A stretch of 59,501 nucleotides of DNA, taken from Promethearchaeota archaeon (GTDB taxonomy: Archaea; Asgardarchaeota; Lokiarchaeia; Sigyniarchaeales; SOKP01). Made by a program: the position numbers and the translations under genes. Numbering within the stretch: position 1 is the stretch's first letter; each line of letters opens with the position of its first letter. The stretch is taken from positions 1 through 59,501 of the forward strand of contig JBHLME010000008.1 of assembly GCA_048938445.1 (NCBI GenBank), in the 5' to 3' direction. The notes below the pieces were generated by a model. That model searched no databases and had not been told where the DNA came from. It saw only the letters and a program-made list of their open reading frames with translations. Of the stretch, positions 9,975 through 19,653 are shown piece by piece.

Positions 9975-10823
9975 TTAATAACACTTGAATTGGTTTGTAG
10001 TATTTATAAAATTGCATATCAATTCATTCACTATTTCTTTCCGTTGGCTCGGAGCAAAATGGCCTGCCATATCAATTATTTCCAATTGAGAGTTTTTAAT
10101 TTTCTGATGTAAGTGTTCACTCATTACCTCTGGTGCGAAATTATCTAATCTTCCTCCTATTATTAAAGTAGGGCATTTAATTCCCGTAGGATCATATTCA
10201 TTAATTTCACTTATCATGGAAAAAATTTGCGATTCAATTTTCATTAATAATTCTTCTTTTGTTAATTTATATTCCTGTCTGTAATTCTTGAGTGCAGTCA
10301 CGATATAAGGAATGATTTTATCCAATATCTCTTCGATAGAATTTGCGAGAACTTCCAAGATGTTCATGCGGATAAAATATGGTAATAAATTATAAAATAT
10401 ATTACGAATTACATTATCTATCATTATGTAACCAGAATTCAATAATATGAGAAATTTTACCTCATCGGGATGTTTCATGGCAAAATATTGAGCTATCATC
10501 CCACCTACCAAAGAATGACCAATAATACCATATTTTTCAACAACTCCTAAATGATTTAATAAGTCTTCCAAGTCTCTAATTATCTCATGTCTTATGTTTT
10601 TTTCAAGATTCAATTGATCAGGATGGTCGCTTTTACCATGACCTAAAGCATCAAAAGCAATGATGCGATATCGCTCGCTAAGCATTTTGATCTGTGCTTT
10701 AAAAAAGGATACTGAAGATGCAAAGCCATGGATTAAAATAATTGTTCCCTCGTTATCTTCTCTATCTCCATTAATATCAGCATAATAGAGATTATAACCA
10801 TCTTGATTATTAAAATAAGGCAT
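9975..10823 (-). CDS. Alpha/beta hydrolase
   Basis: LIHGF, DALGHGKSD, nucleophile GHSLVGG, PTLIIGGRLD, AGHF. Likely start MPYF at 10823. Confidence 0.88.
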   Translation of the reverse strand: MPYFNNQDGYNLYYADINGDREDNEGTIILIHGFASSVSFFKAQIKMLSERYRIIAFDALGHGKSDHPDQLNLEKNIRHEIIRDLEDLLNHLGVVEKYGIIGHSLVGGMIAQYFAMKHPDEVKFLILLNSGYIMIDNVIRNIFYNLLPYFIRMNILEVLANSIEEILDKIIPYIVTALKNYRQEYKLTKEELLMKIESQIFSMISEINEYDPTGIKCPTLIIGGRLDNFAPEVMSEHLHQKIKNSQLEIIDMAGHFAPSQRKEIVNELICNFINTTNQFKCY

Positions 10824-10997
10824 TAATTTCTGAATTATCAACAATTTAAATATAATTTTTGAAATATTAGATGCGTAATATATTTTACTAGTCTTTATAT
10901 AAGAGAGTTTTTCATTAAAAATGACTATTAAAAAATTTTTATTTTTTAATAAAAAGAGAAGAATTATAAAAATGTTAGAATAAATATGTTATTAGTA

Positions 10998-12536
10998 TTA
11001 AAGATTCTCGTAATTCAAAGACCGATTAATGATATCTTTCCAATATTCATATTTTCTTGTTCTTGTTTCAGCGCTCATTATAGGCGTGTAAGTTTTATCT
11101 GTTTTTATAATATTCATTAAATCTTCTTGAGAACTCCAAAATCCTGTTTCTAATCCTGCTATGAAAGCAGCACCCAATGCAGTTGTTTCTGGGTTTTGAG
11201 AATGTTCAATCTTCTTACCTAAAATATCACTTAAAAACTGAAGGATAAATTTATTCTGTGAAACCCCTCCATCTGCTTTTATTTTTTCTACTTTTATTTT
11301 TGTATCTTTTATTATCCCATCTACAAAATCTTTAATTCTAAAACAAATTCCTTCTAACACTGCTCTTACAATATGTTCTTTTTTAGTTGTAAGGTTTACA
11401 CCAAATAAGTTTCCTCGAGCAGTAGAATCAAAGTAAGGATATGAAATTCCACTTGAAAAAGTTGGAAGAAAATATACTCCTTCAGTAGATTCTACACTTA
11501 AAGCCATTTCTTCTGTTTCAGAAGGATTTTTGAATAGTTCTAATTCATTTTGGATCCAATCAATAATATTTCCAGAATTATGAGATAATCCTTCTAACAT
11601 ATAAGTGAGCTCTCCATCTATTTTCCAAGCAATTAAGGGATATAATCTTCTTTTTGAAGCAAATGGTGTATTGCCTGTATTTAAATCTACGGCACTCCCC
11701 GTTCCATTTGTAACTTTCATATCTCCAAAATTGAAACACCCTTGTCCGAATAAGGATGATTGTTGGTCTGCAATCACGCATTTTATTGGTATGTTTCCCT
11801 CTCCAAACAAACTTGTATATCCATAATCATCTTTAGTTTCTTTGATTTCAGGTAAATAATGCGGATGAATTCCAAATATCTTTAATAAAAAACTCCATTT
11901 TACTGTAAATGGATCTAACATACCTGTAGCTGAGGCGTTTGAAAAGTCTGTAGCGTGAATTTTTCTTCCAGTAAGATTCCATAATATCCAAGAATCAATT
12001 TGACCCCATATTATTGAAGTATTAGGATCTTTTACCTTAACTTTTAAATTTGGATTATTTTCTAAAAAATAAGCTGTTCTTATAGAAGCAAAATCAGAAG
12101 AAAATCGAAGTTGTGAAGTTACAAGCATTTTGGTACTTCCAAATACTCGCAAGATTTTTCCAATCGCTCTAAGGAGCCTAATGCTTAATTTATTAGTCAT
12201 TTTTATAGCAAATGCCGCTGCTCGTTTATCTTGCCAAGTTATTATATTCGAATAAAGCTCTCCCGTATCTTTATCCCAAAATAAAAATGATGCTCTCTGC
12301 GTGCATATAGCAATTGAATTTATATCACTTGCTTTTAAATTATTTGAATTGATTACTTCTTCAATCACTTCCTTACTCATTTCCCAAATTTCCATTGGAT
12401 CTTGTTCTACTTGTCCAGGAACTTCCATTATATAACGAGGCCTTCTCCTCGCTTGAGCATGAATATTTCCTTGTTTATCAAACAATAATCCTTTAATATT
12501 GGTTGTACCAATATCTAACGATAATACATAAGACAT
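10998..12536 (-). CDS. Glycerol kinase family (FGGY), GK5-like
   Basis: LDIGTT, TQRA, ITWQDKR, ATDFSNASATG, ADQQSSLFG, YPLIAWKI, ADGGVSQN, ETTALGAA. Confidence 0.9.
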   Translation of the reverse strand: MSYVLSLDIGTTNIKGLLFDKQGNIHAQARRRPRYIMEVPGQVEQDPMEIWEMSKEVIEEVINSNNLKASDINSIAICTQRASFLFWDKDTGELYSNIITWQDKRAAAFAIKMTNKLSIRLLRAIGKILRVFGSTKMLVTSQLRFSSDFASIRTAYFLENNPNLKVKVKDPNTSIIWGQIDSWILWNLTGRKIHATDFSNASATGMLDPFTVKWSFLLKIFGIHPHYLPEIKETKDDYGYTSLFGEGNIPIKCVIADQQSSLFGQGCFNFGDMKVTNGTGSAVDLNTGNTPFASKRRLYPLIAWKIDGELTYMLEGLSHNSGNIIDWIQNELELFKNPSETEEMALSVESTEGVYFLPTFSSGISYPYFDSTARGNLFGVNLTTKKEHIVRAVLEGICFRIKDFVDGIIKDTKIKVEKIKADGGVSQNKFILQFLSDILGKKIEHSQNPETTALGAAFIAGLETGFWSSQEDLMNIIKTDKTYTPIMSAETRTRKYEYWKDIINRSLNYENL

Positions 12537-12638
12537 TTTTAGATTTATTGATGATTTTATTTTAATAATATTTATAAAAAATTGTTTAAATAGATTTTGT
12601 AAAAAAAACTTAGATGAGTAGATTATTAAAAAGATTTT

Positions 12639-14945
12639 TTATAGTATTTTTTTTTGTCTTTCATTAGGTGTTATAGGTTGAAAAACTTTTTTATTAATTA
12701 ACTTTAGGATTGTTTTAAAATTTCTATATTTCCACTCGTTCTCTGGAATTAGAAATAGGATATAAAAATGTGGTGTTGTTTTTATAATGTTAGTTGCTTT
12801 TTGAATCATCTTTCTTTCTGCTTTTTTTAATTCTTCGATATTTCTGTAAACAATTTTATGTGGATAAATTAGAGAAATATGTAAGTGTTTTTCTATCAAG
12901 TTATCTATTCCTTTGAAATTTTTTAATTCACCAGTAAAATTTGTAAAATATTCACCATACTCACGATCAATATCATAAGATAGCTTTTCTATAGAATTTA
13001 GGATATATTTAGACGGATTTTGTTTCATTATAAGGATTATCCTGAAGCTTTTAAACTCTGACATTAAGATTTTTGAATCTTGATATTCCAATTTAATTGA
13101 TTGAGATCGGTTCTCCGAATCCGTTAACGCAATTTCAAACTTGCTTATAGCATCTAAATATCCCGAAATGAGCATTGAATCTTGTTTTCCCTTTCCTATT
13201 TTTTCTTCATAAATATTCAAACCAGAATTCTTTTCAGTAATCATGAAATACTTTATATTCAAGATATCAGTAACCGTATTTAACAAGCTCCTTTTCTTTT
13301 CATCATAATGATTCTTGGTGAATTTTGCAGTTTGATAAGTTGATATGCTTATAATTGAAATTATGGCAATAATAATCAATACATTTATAATCATCTGTGG
13401 ATCTATCGTGAATGGAACAAAAACAGTGAATTCTTGGGAGGTAAATCCTGCATCGGTATTGTTATTCCAATATATATAGAGGTTCCATATGCCTGGTTCT
13501 GTTTTACTTGGAATTAAATGGTTAAAAACATAATCTCCTAAAAAATTTTCTGTCTCATTCCTGTATTCTTCATATCCCAAACTATCAACCAAAATAACTG
13601 TTATATCACCCGGTGGAGGGTATAATGTAAATCTTAAACTCTGACCTGCTTCAAGATTGAGTAACGCAGATGGAAAATCTAGCAGCAAATCTATTTTCAG
13701 AGAATTAGCAGTTATTCTCCAGTTTGTTATTCCCTCATTAATAGTATTATTTGAGAGAGTGATTATTTTGTTAATTTCATTCAGAATGGAAGGTGTGGTA
13801 ATATTTACTCCCTCTTTATAAATAATGATATTAAACCAATTGAAATAAGAAAAGTTTAACTCAATATGATAATAATTATAACTATTTTTATTTGTACTAA
13901 ATTCAATATTCCAAGAATTATCAAAAGACTCTTGAACTAAAATTGTAGATTCTAATGTGGATATTCTTTTTAGAGAAATAGAATAATCAATTGTAAAATT
14001 TAATATTATTGATCGATTATCTTTAACCTGGATTTCTAAAAGATTAGATATTAACATATTATTACATTGAAAAGATACATTTCCCCCCCCTAATTGGTTT
14101 GTTATTTTATAATTTTTACCATTAAATATAGCACTCATGTTTATTTCTTCAGGATTATAAGTCTTATCCACTTTTTGTACTAATTTATGTAATAATGTCT
14201 GATTTTCAATTACTGTCCAATCCGCTGGTGGTTGCGGTTCATACCCACCATGATGTAGATTTGGAGTTAAAGGTTCTTGCGCTCCATTATGATGCCAATC
14301 CAGAATATAACCATCTGAAGGAGAATAAGATCTTTCAGTTCCATTTATGACCAATGCATAATTTCCTATCGGAAGTGTAATTGGATTAGTAGAGAAATCT
14401 TGCAAATACCATCCCGAGTCTGAAGACATATTTAGATCAATTGATCCCCATATAGTACTGCTTGGTTTAAAAGTACCGATATTATATCCTTTAATTTGAA
14501 AAGTTAAATCATTGATTGAAGCACCTAAATAAGTATTACCATAAATATATACTCCATATATCGTCGTTTCTTCAGTAATGTTAAGTTGAACATTTAAAGC
14601 AACTTGGCTATTAGGGAGACCAAAATAATACAGAGTTTCAGGAGGACCTTGTTGGTCTTCAACCGTTTTAATTTCTTTTTCTATCCTAATATTAGTAAAG
14701 TTTAATTCAACATTAGTAACATTCCAACCTGATGAGGGTAGCAAAATATCTATTGAAGAAGTATTTTCAATTTTACCTTGACATTTTGAAGATTCTTTCA
14801 TTGGTAAGGCATTAGTTTTTATTGATAAAGAACCTCCATTTGATGCTGCTCGAGAAAAATCTATTCTATTAAAAAAATTTATCATAAATAGAGAAGTAAA
14901 TATCCAAAAAATGACTGTAACTTTAATGAGATTTGATTTTTTCAT
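12639..14945 (-). CDS. Single-pass membrane protein: large ectodomain, TM, cytoplasmic longin-like domain
   Basis: N-terminal signal-like helix, about 480 aa beta-rich region with many N-x-S/T sequons, TM (MIINVLIIIAIISIISI), then SGLNIYE..DSMLISGYLDAISKF..LEY..ILM..RIILIM. Confidence 0.7.
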   Translation of the reverse strand: MKKSNLIKVTVIFWIFTSLFMINFFNRIDFSRAASNGGSLSIKTNALPMKESSKCQGKIENTSSIDILLPSSGWNVTNVELNFTNIRIEKEIKTVEDQQGPPETLYYFGLPNSQVALNVQLNITEETTIYGVYIYGNTYLGASINDLTFQIKGYNIGTFKPSSTIWGSIDLNMSSDSGWYLQDFSTNPITLPIGNYALVINGTERSYSPSDGYILDWHHNGAQEPLTPNLHHGGYEPQPPADWTVIENQTLLHKLVQKVDKTYNPEEINMSAIFNGKNYKITNQLGGGNVSFQCNNMLISNLLEIQVKDNRSIILNFTIDYSISLKRISTLESTILVQESFDNSWNIEFSTNKNSYNYYHIELNFSYFNWFNIIIYKEGVNITTPSILNEINKIITLSNNTINEGITNWRITANSLKIDLLLDFPSALLNLEAGQSLRFTLYPPPGDITVILVDSLGYEEYRNETENFLGDYVFNHLIPSKTEPGIWNLYIYWNNNTDAGFTSQEFTVFVPFTIDPQMIINVLIIIAIISIISISTYQTAKFTKNHYDEKKRSLLNTVTDILNIKYFMITEKNSGLNIYEEKIGKGKQDSMLISGYLDAISKFEIALTDSENRSQSIKLEYQDSKILMSEFKSFRIILIMKQNPSKYILNSIEKLSYDIDREYGEYFTNFTGELKNFKGIDNLIEKHLHISLIYPHKIVYRNIEELKKAERKMIQKATNIIKTTPHFYILFLIPENEWKYRNFKTILKLINKKVFQPITPNERQKKIL

Positions 14946-15056
14946 GCTATACTGATATTTATATATTCTTATTTTTAAATATTAACCCCTAAAACATATA
15001 AACGTAATTGTTCTATTTTATAAAATTTTTTATTTATTAAGAAATTTGGGAAAAAA

Positions 15057-16331
15057 TTAGATATATCTTGACAATAATTCTGAAATATCGAGTATTTTAA
15101 TATTATTGCTATCTTTATTGGATATACCATATGATAATCCTAATTCACATAAGGGACAAGCAGAAATGATAATATGGGCACCTGTATTCTTTAATTCTTG
15201 AATTCTATTTGATGCTTCTTTTAATGCAATTTCCTTATCTGCCCAATGTAACGTTCCACTCCACCCACAACAATGAGTATTTTCTCTATTGTGAATTGGT
15301 TCTAAAACATCAATTCCAGATATCTTATCACACAGTTTTCTTATTGAGGTTGAATCATTTTGATTTCTTGCAAGATGACAGGGATCATGTATCGTAACTT
15401 TATTGAACTCATTGGGTAAGGACGTTTTAAGCTCAATCTTTTTCTCTTCAAGTAACATATTAATGTATTTTACGATATGAAATATTTCTACATTCATATC
15501 AATTCCAAGCATTTCATATTTTTTTGTGAGTGTTTCAACACATCCTGGGCAATCTGATACAACAATTTTCGCACCTGTTTTTTCTATTAATTTTTTGTTT
15601 TTCTCAGCTAAATCTTTAGCGACATCAAGTTCCCTAATGCTGAATGCTGGTGCTCCACAGCATGTTTTGGTTTCTAGGTTAGTAGAAAATTTAATACCAG
15701 CTTTATTTAAAATTTTAATATATCCCTTTATCATTTCAGGTACTTTCATAGATTGACATCCGATATAGTAATAGATCTCATCATTTCCATTTGTTTCTAT
15801 GTTTTCAATACCTTTTTCGTGATGAGTTTTAAAAATGTTGACTTCTTCAATAGTTTCAGTTCTTTTAAGTTTATCAATTTGCATTTTACAATACTCAGGC
15901 ATCAAACCTTTTGCGTTGAGATCATCTCTGACACTTTCAAGTAAAGAAACGACTGAAAATTCAAAAGGGCACCATACTTTACAAGTCTCTTCATTTGAAC
16001 ACATATAAATTAAATCAATAAAATCTTTATTTTCTTCTTTTGTAGGATCAATCTTTCCTATAGAAAGAAAATATCCGATTCGAGACTTGTATGCTGGACT
16101 CATCGTTTCCTTTTGGGCTGCTTGTAGGGAACCACAGTCAAATCTGCACATGTTTGGACAAAGCATGCAGTTTGCAAGATTTTTAACATCCGCTTTATAA
16201 TCTCCTTCTGGAAAAAAGTTCTTATTTTTTGAGGCAGCATTTTTTAATAATATAGCTTTTATTTTTCTATCTGCTTTTTCAAGTAATGAAACCATCCATG
16301 GATAATTTTTTAACGTGTCAAATATAGACAT
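15057..16331 (-). CDS. Fe-S oxidoreductase, GlpC/HdrD-like (ferredoxin motifs plus two CCG domains)
   Basis: CMLCPNMCRFDC; YIGC..CCG..CPGC; HDPCHLAR..CCG..ACPLC. Confidence 0.88.
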   Translation of the reverse strand: MSIFDTLKNYPWMVSLLEKADRKIKAILLKNAASKNKNFFPEGDYKADVKNLANCMLCPNMCRFDCGSLQAAQKETMSPAYKSRIGYFLSIGKIDPTKEENKDFIDLIYMCSNEETCKVWCPFEFSVVSLLESVRDDLNAKGLMPEYCKMQIDKLKRTETIEEVNIFKTHHEKGIENIETNGNDEIYYYIGCQSMKVPEMIKGYIKILNKAGIKFSTNLETKTCCGAPAFSIRELDVAKDLAEKNKKLIEKTGAKIVVSDCPGCVETLTKKYEMLGIDMNVEIFHIVKYINMLLEEKKIELKTSLPNEFNKVTIHDPCHLARNQNDSTSIRKLCDKISGIDVLEPIHNRENTHCCGWSGTLHWADKEIALKEASNRIQELKNTGAHIIISACPLCELGLSYGISNKDSNNIKILDISELLSRYI

Positions 16332-17819
16332 TTATTCTTCACTCTCCATTGTTTTCCAAGTCTCTATGTATATTTTTCCAGGATTTAAGATATTATTTGG
16401 ATCTAAAATTTTTTTTATTTCTCGTAGAGTTTGAATCCCTTTAGTACCCCATTCTTTCTCCATCCAATGAGAACGATTTATACCTACACCATGATGATGA
16501 CCAAATGATCCACCTATATCTAAGACTGCCTTTACTGTAGCATTCCAGCACATTTGATAAAATTCAAATTCAGATGTACCTTTTGGAGGAACTCCTCCAA
16601 AGGTAAAATAATATCCAACACCATTTGGATAAAAATGTGAAATATGCGCTGAGATGAGGAGATTTCCCATTATTTTACTGGTAGAATCCATTACGGCTTG
16701 ATATAACTCTGCAGCTTTTTCCCACATTACTGCCACTTCAATTGTATCCGCGATAATTTTATATGGAGGGAACATTGAAGTTTCTTTGACCGTAAATCTT
16801 GTTTCAAACCAATGTTCCACCGGTTTTTCACCACAATCGATTCCGGAATTTTTTTCACACACTTTTCTAGTAATTTTTTCTTCTAAATCCACGAGATCAG
16901 CATTTCCTTCGCATACAAAAATAGTCATTACCTTATCCCTTGCTTTTTCTTCATATTCAAAATGACGATTTGTTTCAATAGCATCATAAATCCTTATAAC
17001 CGCTGGAAAGATCATTTCTCTTAAAATTAACCTACACGCCTCTAAAGAATCCTCTAACGTAGGAAATGCGTAAGAAATTAACGCTCTTTTTTCTGGATAT
17101 GGCCAAATTTTTAAGGTTGCTTTTGTTACGATTCCAAGTGTTCCTTCTCCACCTATAAAAAATTTATCAAGTTGTGGGCCAGTTGAAGCTCGAACAATTG
17201 GTTTAAAATTAATTATTTCTCCTTGAGGAAGTACCACTTCCATTCCCAATACAATATCTTCAATTTTTCCATACTTGGTTGAGAATTGTCCTGCTGCTCT
17301 ATGAGCAATCCAACCTCCCACTGAGGAAGTATATATAGATTGAGGGATATGTCCTCCAGTATATCCTTTAGAATTTAAAATTCGTTCAAGATTCATTCCA
17401 TTAATTCCTGTTTCAACAGTTACAGTTAAGTTCTCATCATTAATTTCAATTAATTTAGAAAATTTTTTCATATCAAGTATAATTCCACCATAAATAGGTA
17501 TCGCGCCTCCAACAACTCCCGAACCTTCTGCGAAGGGAATAACGGGGATAGTCTCTTTATTTGCTAACTTTAAGATTCTTGAAATTTGCTCTAGATTTTC
17601 AGGCCATGTGATAAAATCTGGTTTTCCCGCAATTTTTCCTTCTATCATCCAATTTAACGTAATTAATGTTGCATCGCTAGTATAAGCAAATAAATCTATC
17701 TCATTATCACTCACGTTGTCTTTTCCGATAATATTTATTAATTTTTTTAAAATATCTTTTTTATTTTTAATTTGACGTCTATTTTCTTTATATATTAATT
17801 CAAATTCTTCAAAATCCAT
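16332..17819 (-). CDS. FAD-binding oxidoreductase, alkyl-DHAP synthase (ADPS/AGPS)-like
   Basis: GSGVVGG, GHIPQS..SSVGGWIAHRAAGQFSTKYGKIED, GGEGTLGIVT, HISHFY, HHHGVG, LDPNNILNPG. Confidence 0.85.
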   Translation of the reverse strand: MDFEEFELIYKENRRQIKNKKDILKKLINIIGKDNVSDNEIDLFAYTSDATLITLNWMIEGKIAGKPDFITWPENLEQISRILKLANKETIPVIPFAEGSGVVGGAIPIYGGIILDMKKFSKLIEINDENLTVTVETGINGMNLERILNSKGYTGGHIPQSIYTSSVGGWIAHRAAGQFSTKYGKIEDIVLGMEVVLPQGEIINFKPIVRASTGPQLDKFFIGGEGTLGIVTKATLKIWPYPEKRALISYAFPTLEDSLEACRLILREMIFPAVIRIYDAIETNRHFEYEEKARDKVMTIFVCEGNADLVDLEEKITRKVCEKNSGIDCGEKPVEHWFETRFTVKETSMFPPYKIIADTIEVAVMWEKAAELYQAVMDSTSKIMGNLLISAHISHFYPNGVGYYFTFGGVPPKGTSEFEFYQMCWNATVKAVLDIGGSFGHHHGVGINRSHWMEKEWGTKGIQTLREIKKILDPNNILNPGKIYIETWKTMESEE

Positions 17820-17932
17820 GAAATTTTCAATTATTTTTTTTTATGATAATAGTATATCAATAAAGAATAATAAAATCTTAAAATAAAGATTTGTGTCCAT
17901 TATCAGAAAAATATGGTATCCTAATATAATTA

Positions 17933-19420
17933 TTAATAAATTGTCTCTCCTGTAGTCTTATCCACTTTAAAATGTCTCAAACGTGGAGATGTTTTGGTTA
18001 TTCCTTCACTATTTAATATTTTTTCTACTAAATTATGAGGAAATAAATATTTTGCTAAATGAACTATAGTTTGCTTAGTTTCAATGCAATTTAAAAGCTT
18101 TAATGACTCTACTGAATAAAATAATTCACTTATCAAATCAAAATTAGTATCTTTTGAAAAGTCTAAGAATTCTAAATTTCTATAAATTCTTGAAACAATG
18201 TTATCCAACAAGTCATAATCTTTTAAATTATCAATTGTATTTCTCATATAATTGATAAATATTACATAATATGTTGATTCTGAAGTAATAAAACCGTCTC
18301 TATATTGTTTTATTCCTTCAGATGTTATTCGCAACTCGATTTCATCCAAAATCGCTTGAATTTTTTGTCTTTCGATTTTTTTGTAAACATTTAGAAGAGT
18401 ATATATTTTTATAATAACAATTAATTGTGATGTCTCAAAATTTTGAAAATAATTAGATTCTAATATCTTTTCATCCTCCTTAATAATTTGTTTGATATTT
18501 TTTTCATCTAACCATAATTGAGCCATTTCTGTTGATTTAAGATAATAATATACTCTATCAGTTGCTTCAAAAAGAGGTGCCTCAAATTCATCGATATTTT
18601 CTTCATATAAATCGAGTAAAAATCGCTTCACTTTATGATAATCAATTTCAACATTTAGATGTTTGGCCAAATAAAGTCCACAAAAATAAAGATCAGGATT
18701 TTTTAATGTAATTAGGGGTACGGATGCTAACCACTCATCAATATTATTTTTAAGATAGTTTTTTATATGAGAAAAGTCAAATTGGGTTGTGATATTAAAA
18801 AAGTCAAGAATACGAAAAATTGAATAAATTAATTGAAGTTTATCTCTGGGATTTTCTAAATCCTCTAAACTTTCAATTTTCCTTTTATTATCTCTAAATT
18901 TTTCTATGATTTTTTCTTGAATGTATATATATTTTCTTAGATTTTCCACATTTTCAGGTGATTTTTGAAGTAACTTTTTTAAATTTCTCAATTCTAATAT
19001 AAATTCTGTTGGAAAAAAACCTTTATATTTTAAATTTAAAATTATTAATGCCGCTTTAGTTTCTACGAGATAATCAATTATTTGTTCTAAAAATAATTCA
19101 TATACAATCGGAGCAAATTTTTTTGAATAAATGTCTAAAGATGAGGTAATCTCATTAAGAAATGTCACTTCTTTTTCAATGAATTTTACTTGAAAATAAT
19201 TATCAATCTTTTCTTTTTTAAAACCGATATGCATGAGTTCGATTTTTAATACTGAAAGAATTTCTTCATTAATTTTACTATATGTTAAGTCACTAAGTCC
19301 AGTTTTTTGAAGATAATCATTTATTTTCTCCAAAAAATAAATATCAATTTGGTTATAAAATTCTTCAATAGAAGATTCGAAATATAAATTGAGTATGTTG
19401 AATAAACCCTGGAAAATCAT
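17933..19420 (-). CDS. Hypothetical helical protein
   Basis: 495-aa ORF. The C-terminal half has helical repeats with a weak prenyltransferase-like segment (GIKQYRDGFITSESTYY). Confidence 0.7.
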   Translation of the reverse strand: MIFQGLFNILNLYFESSIEEFYNQIDIYFLEKINDYLQKTGLSDLTYSKINEEILSVLKIELMHIGFKKEKIDNYFQVKFIEKEVTFLNEITSSLDIYSKKFAPIVYELFLEQIIDYLVETKAALIILNLKYKGFFPTEFILELRNLKKLLQKSPENVENLRKYIYIQEKIIEKFRDNKRKIESLEDLENPRDKLQLIYSIFRILDFFNITTQFDFSHIKNYLKNNIDEWLASVPLITLKNPDLYFCGLYLAKHLNVEIDYHKVKRFLLDLYEENIDEFEAPLFEATDRVYYYLKSTEMAQLWLDEKNIKQIIKEDEKILESNYFQNFETSQLIVIIKIYTLLNVYKKIERQKIQAILDEIELRITSEGIKQYRDGFITSESTYYVIFINYMRNTIDNLKDYDLLDNIVSRIYRNLEFLDFSKDTNFDLISELFYSVESLKLLNCIETKQTIVHLAKYLFPHNLVEKILNSEGITKTSPRLRHFKVDKTTGETIY

Positions 19421-19653
19421 TATAAAACCTAAAAGATAACAACTATATTCATTTGGTAATAATAAATCTTTAGTAAAATTAATAGATAATGGTTTTTAAA
19501 AGAAAATTAAAAAAAAGTTTTATAATAACTAGTAATAGGTATACTTGTATAACTTATAATAACAATATAATATAGTTATTAAAAAAAATTAAAAATCTTA
19601 ATAAAGCTTTTGTTATTTTTTTATAATAAAAATACAACTCTTATTTTAATTTT

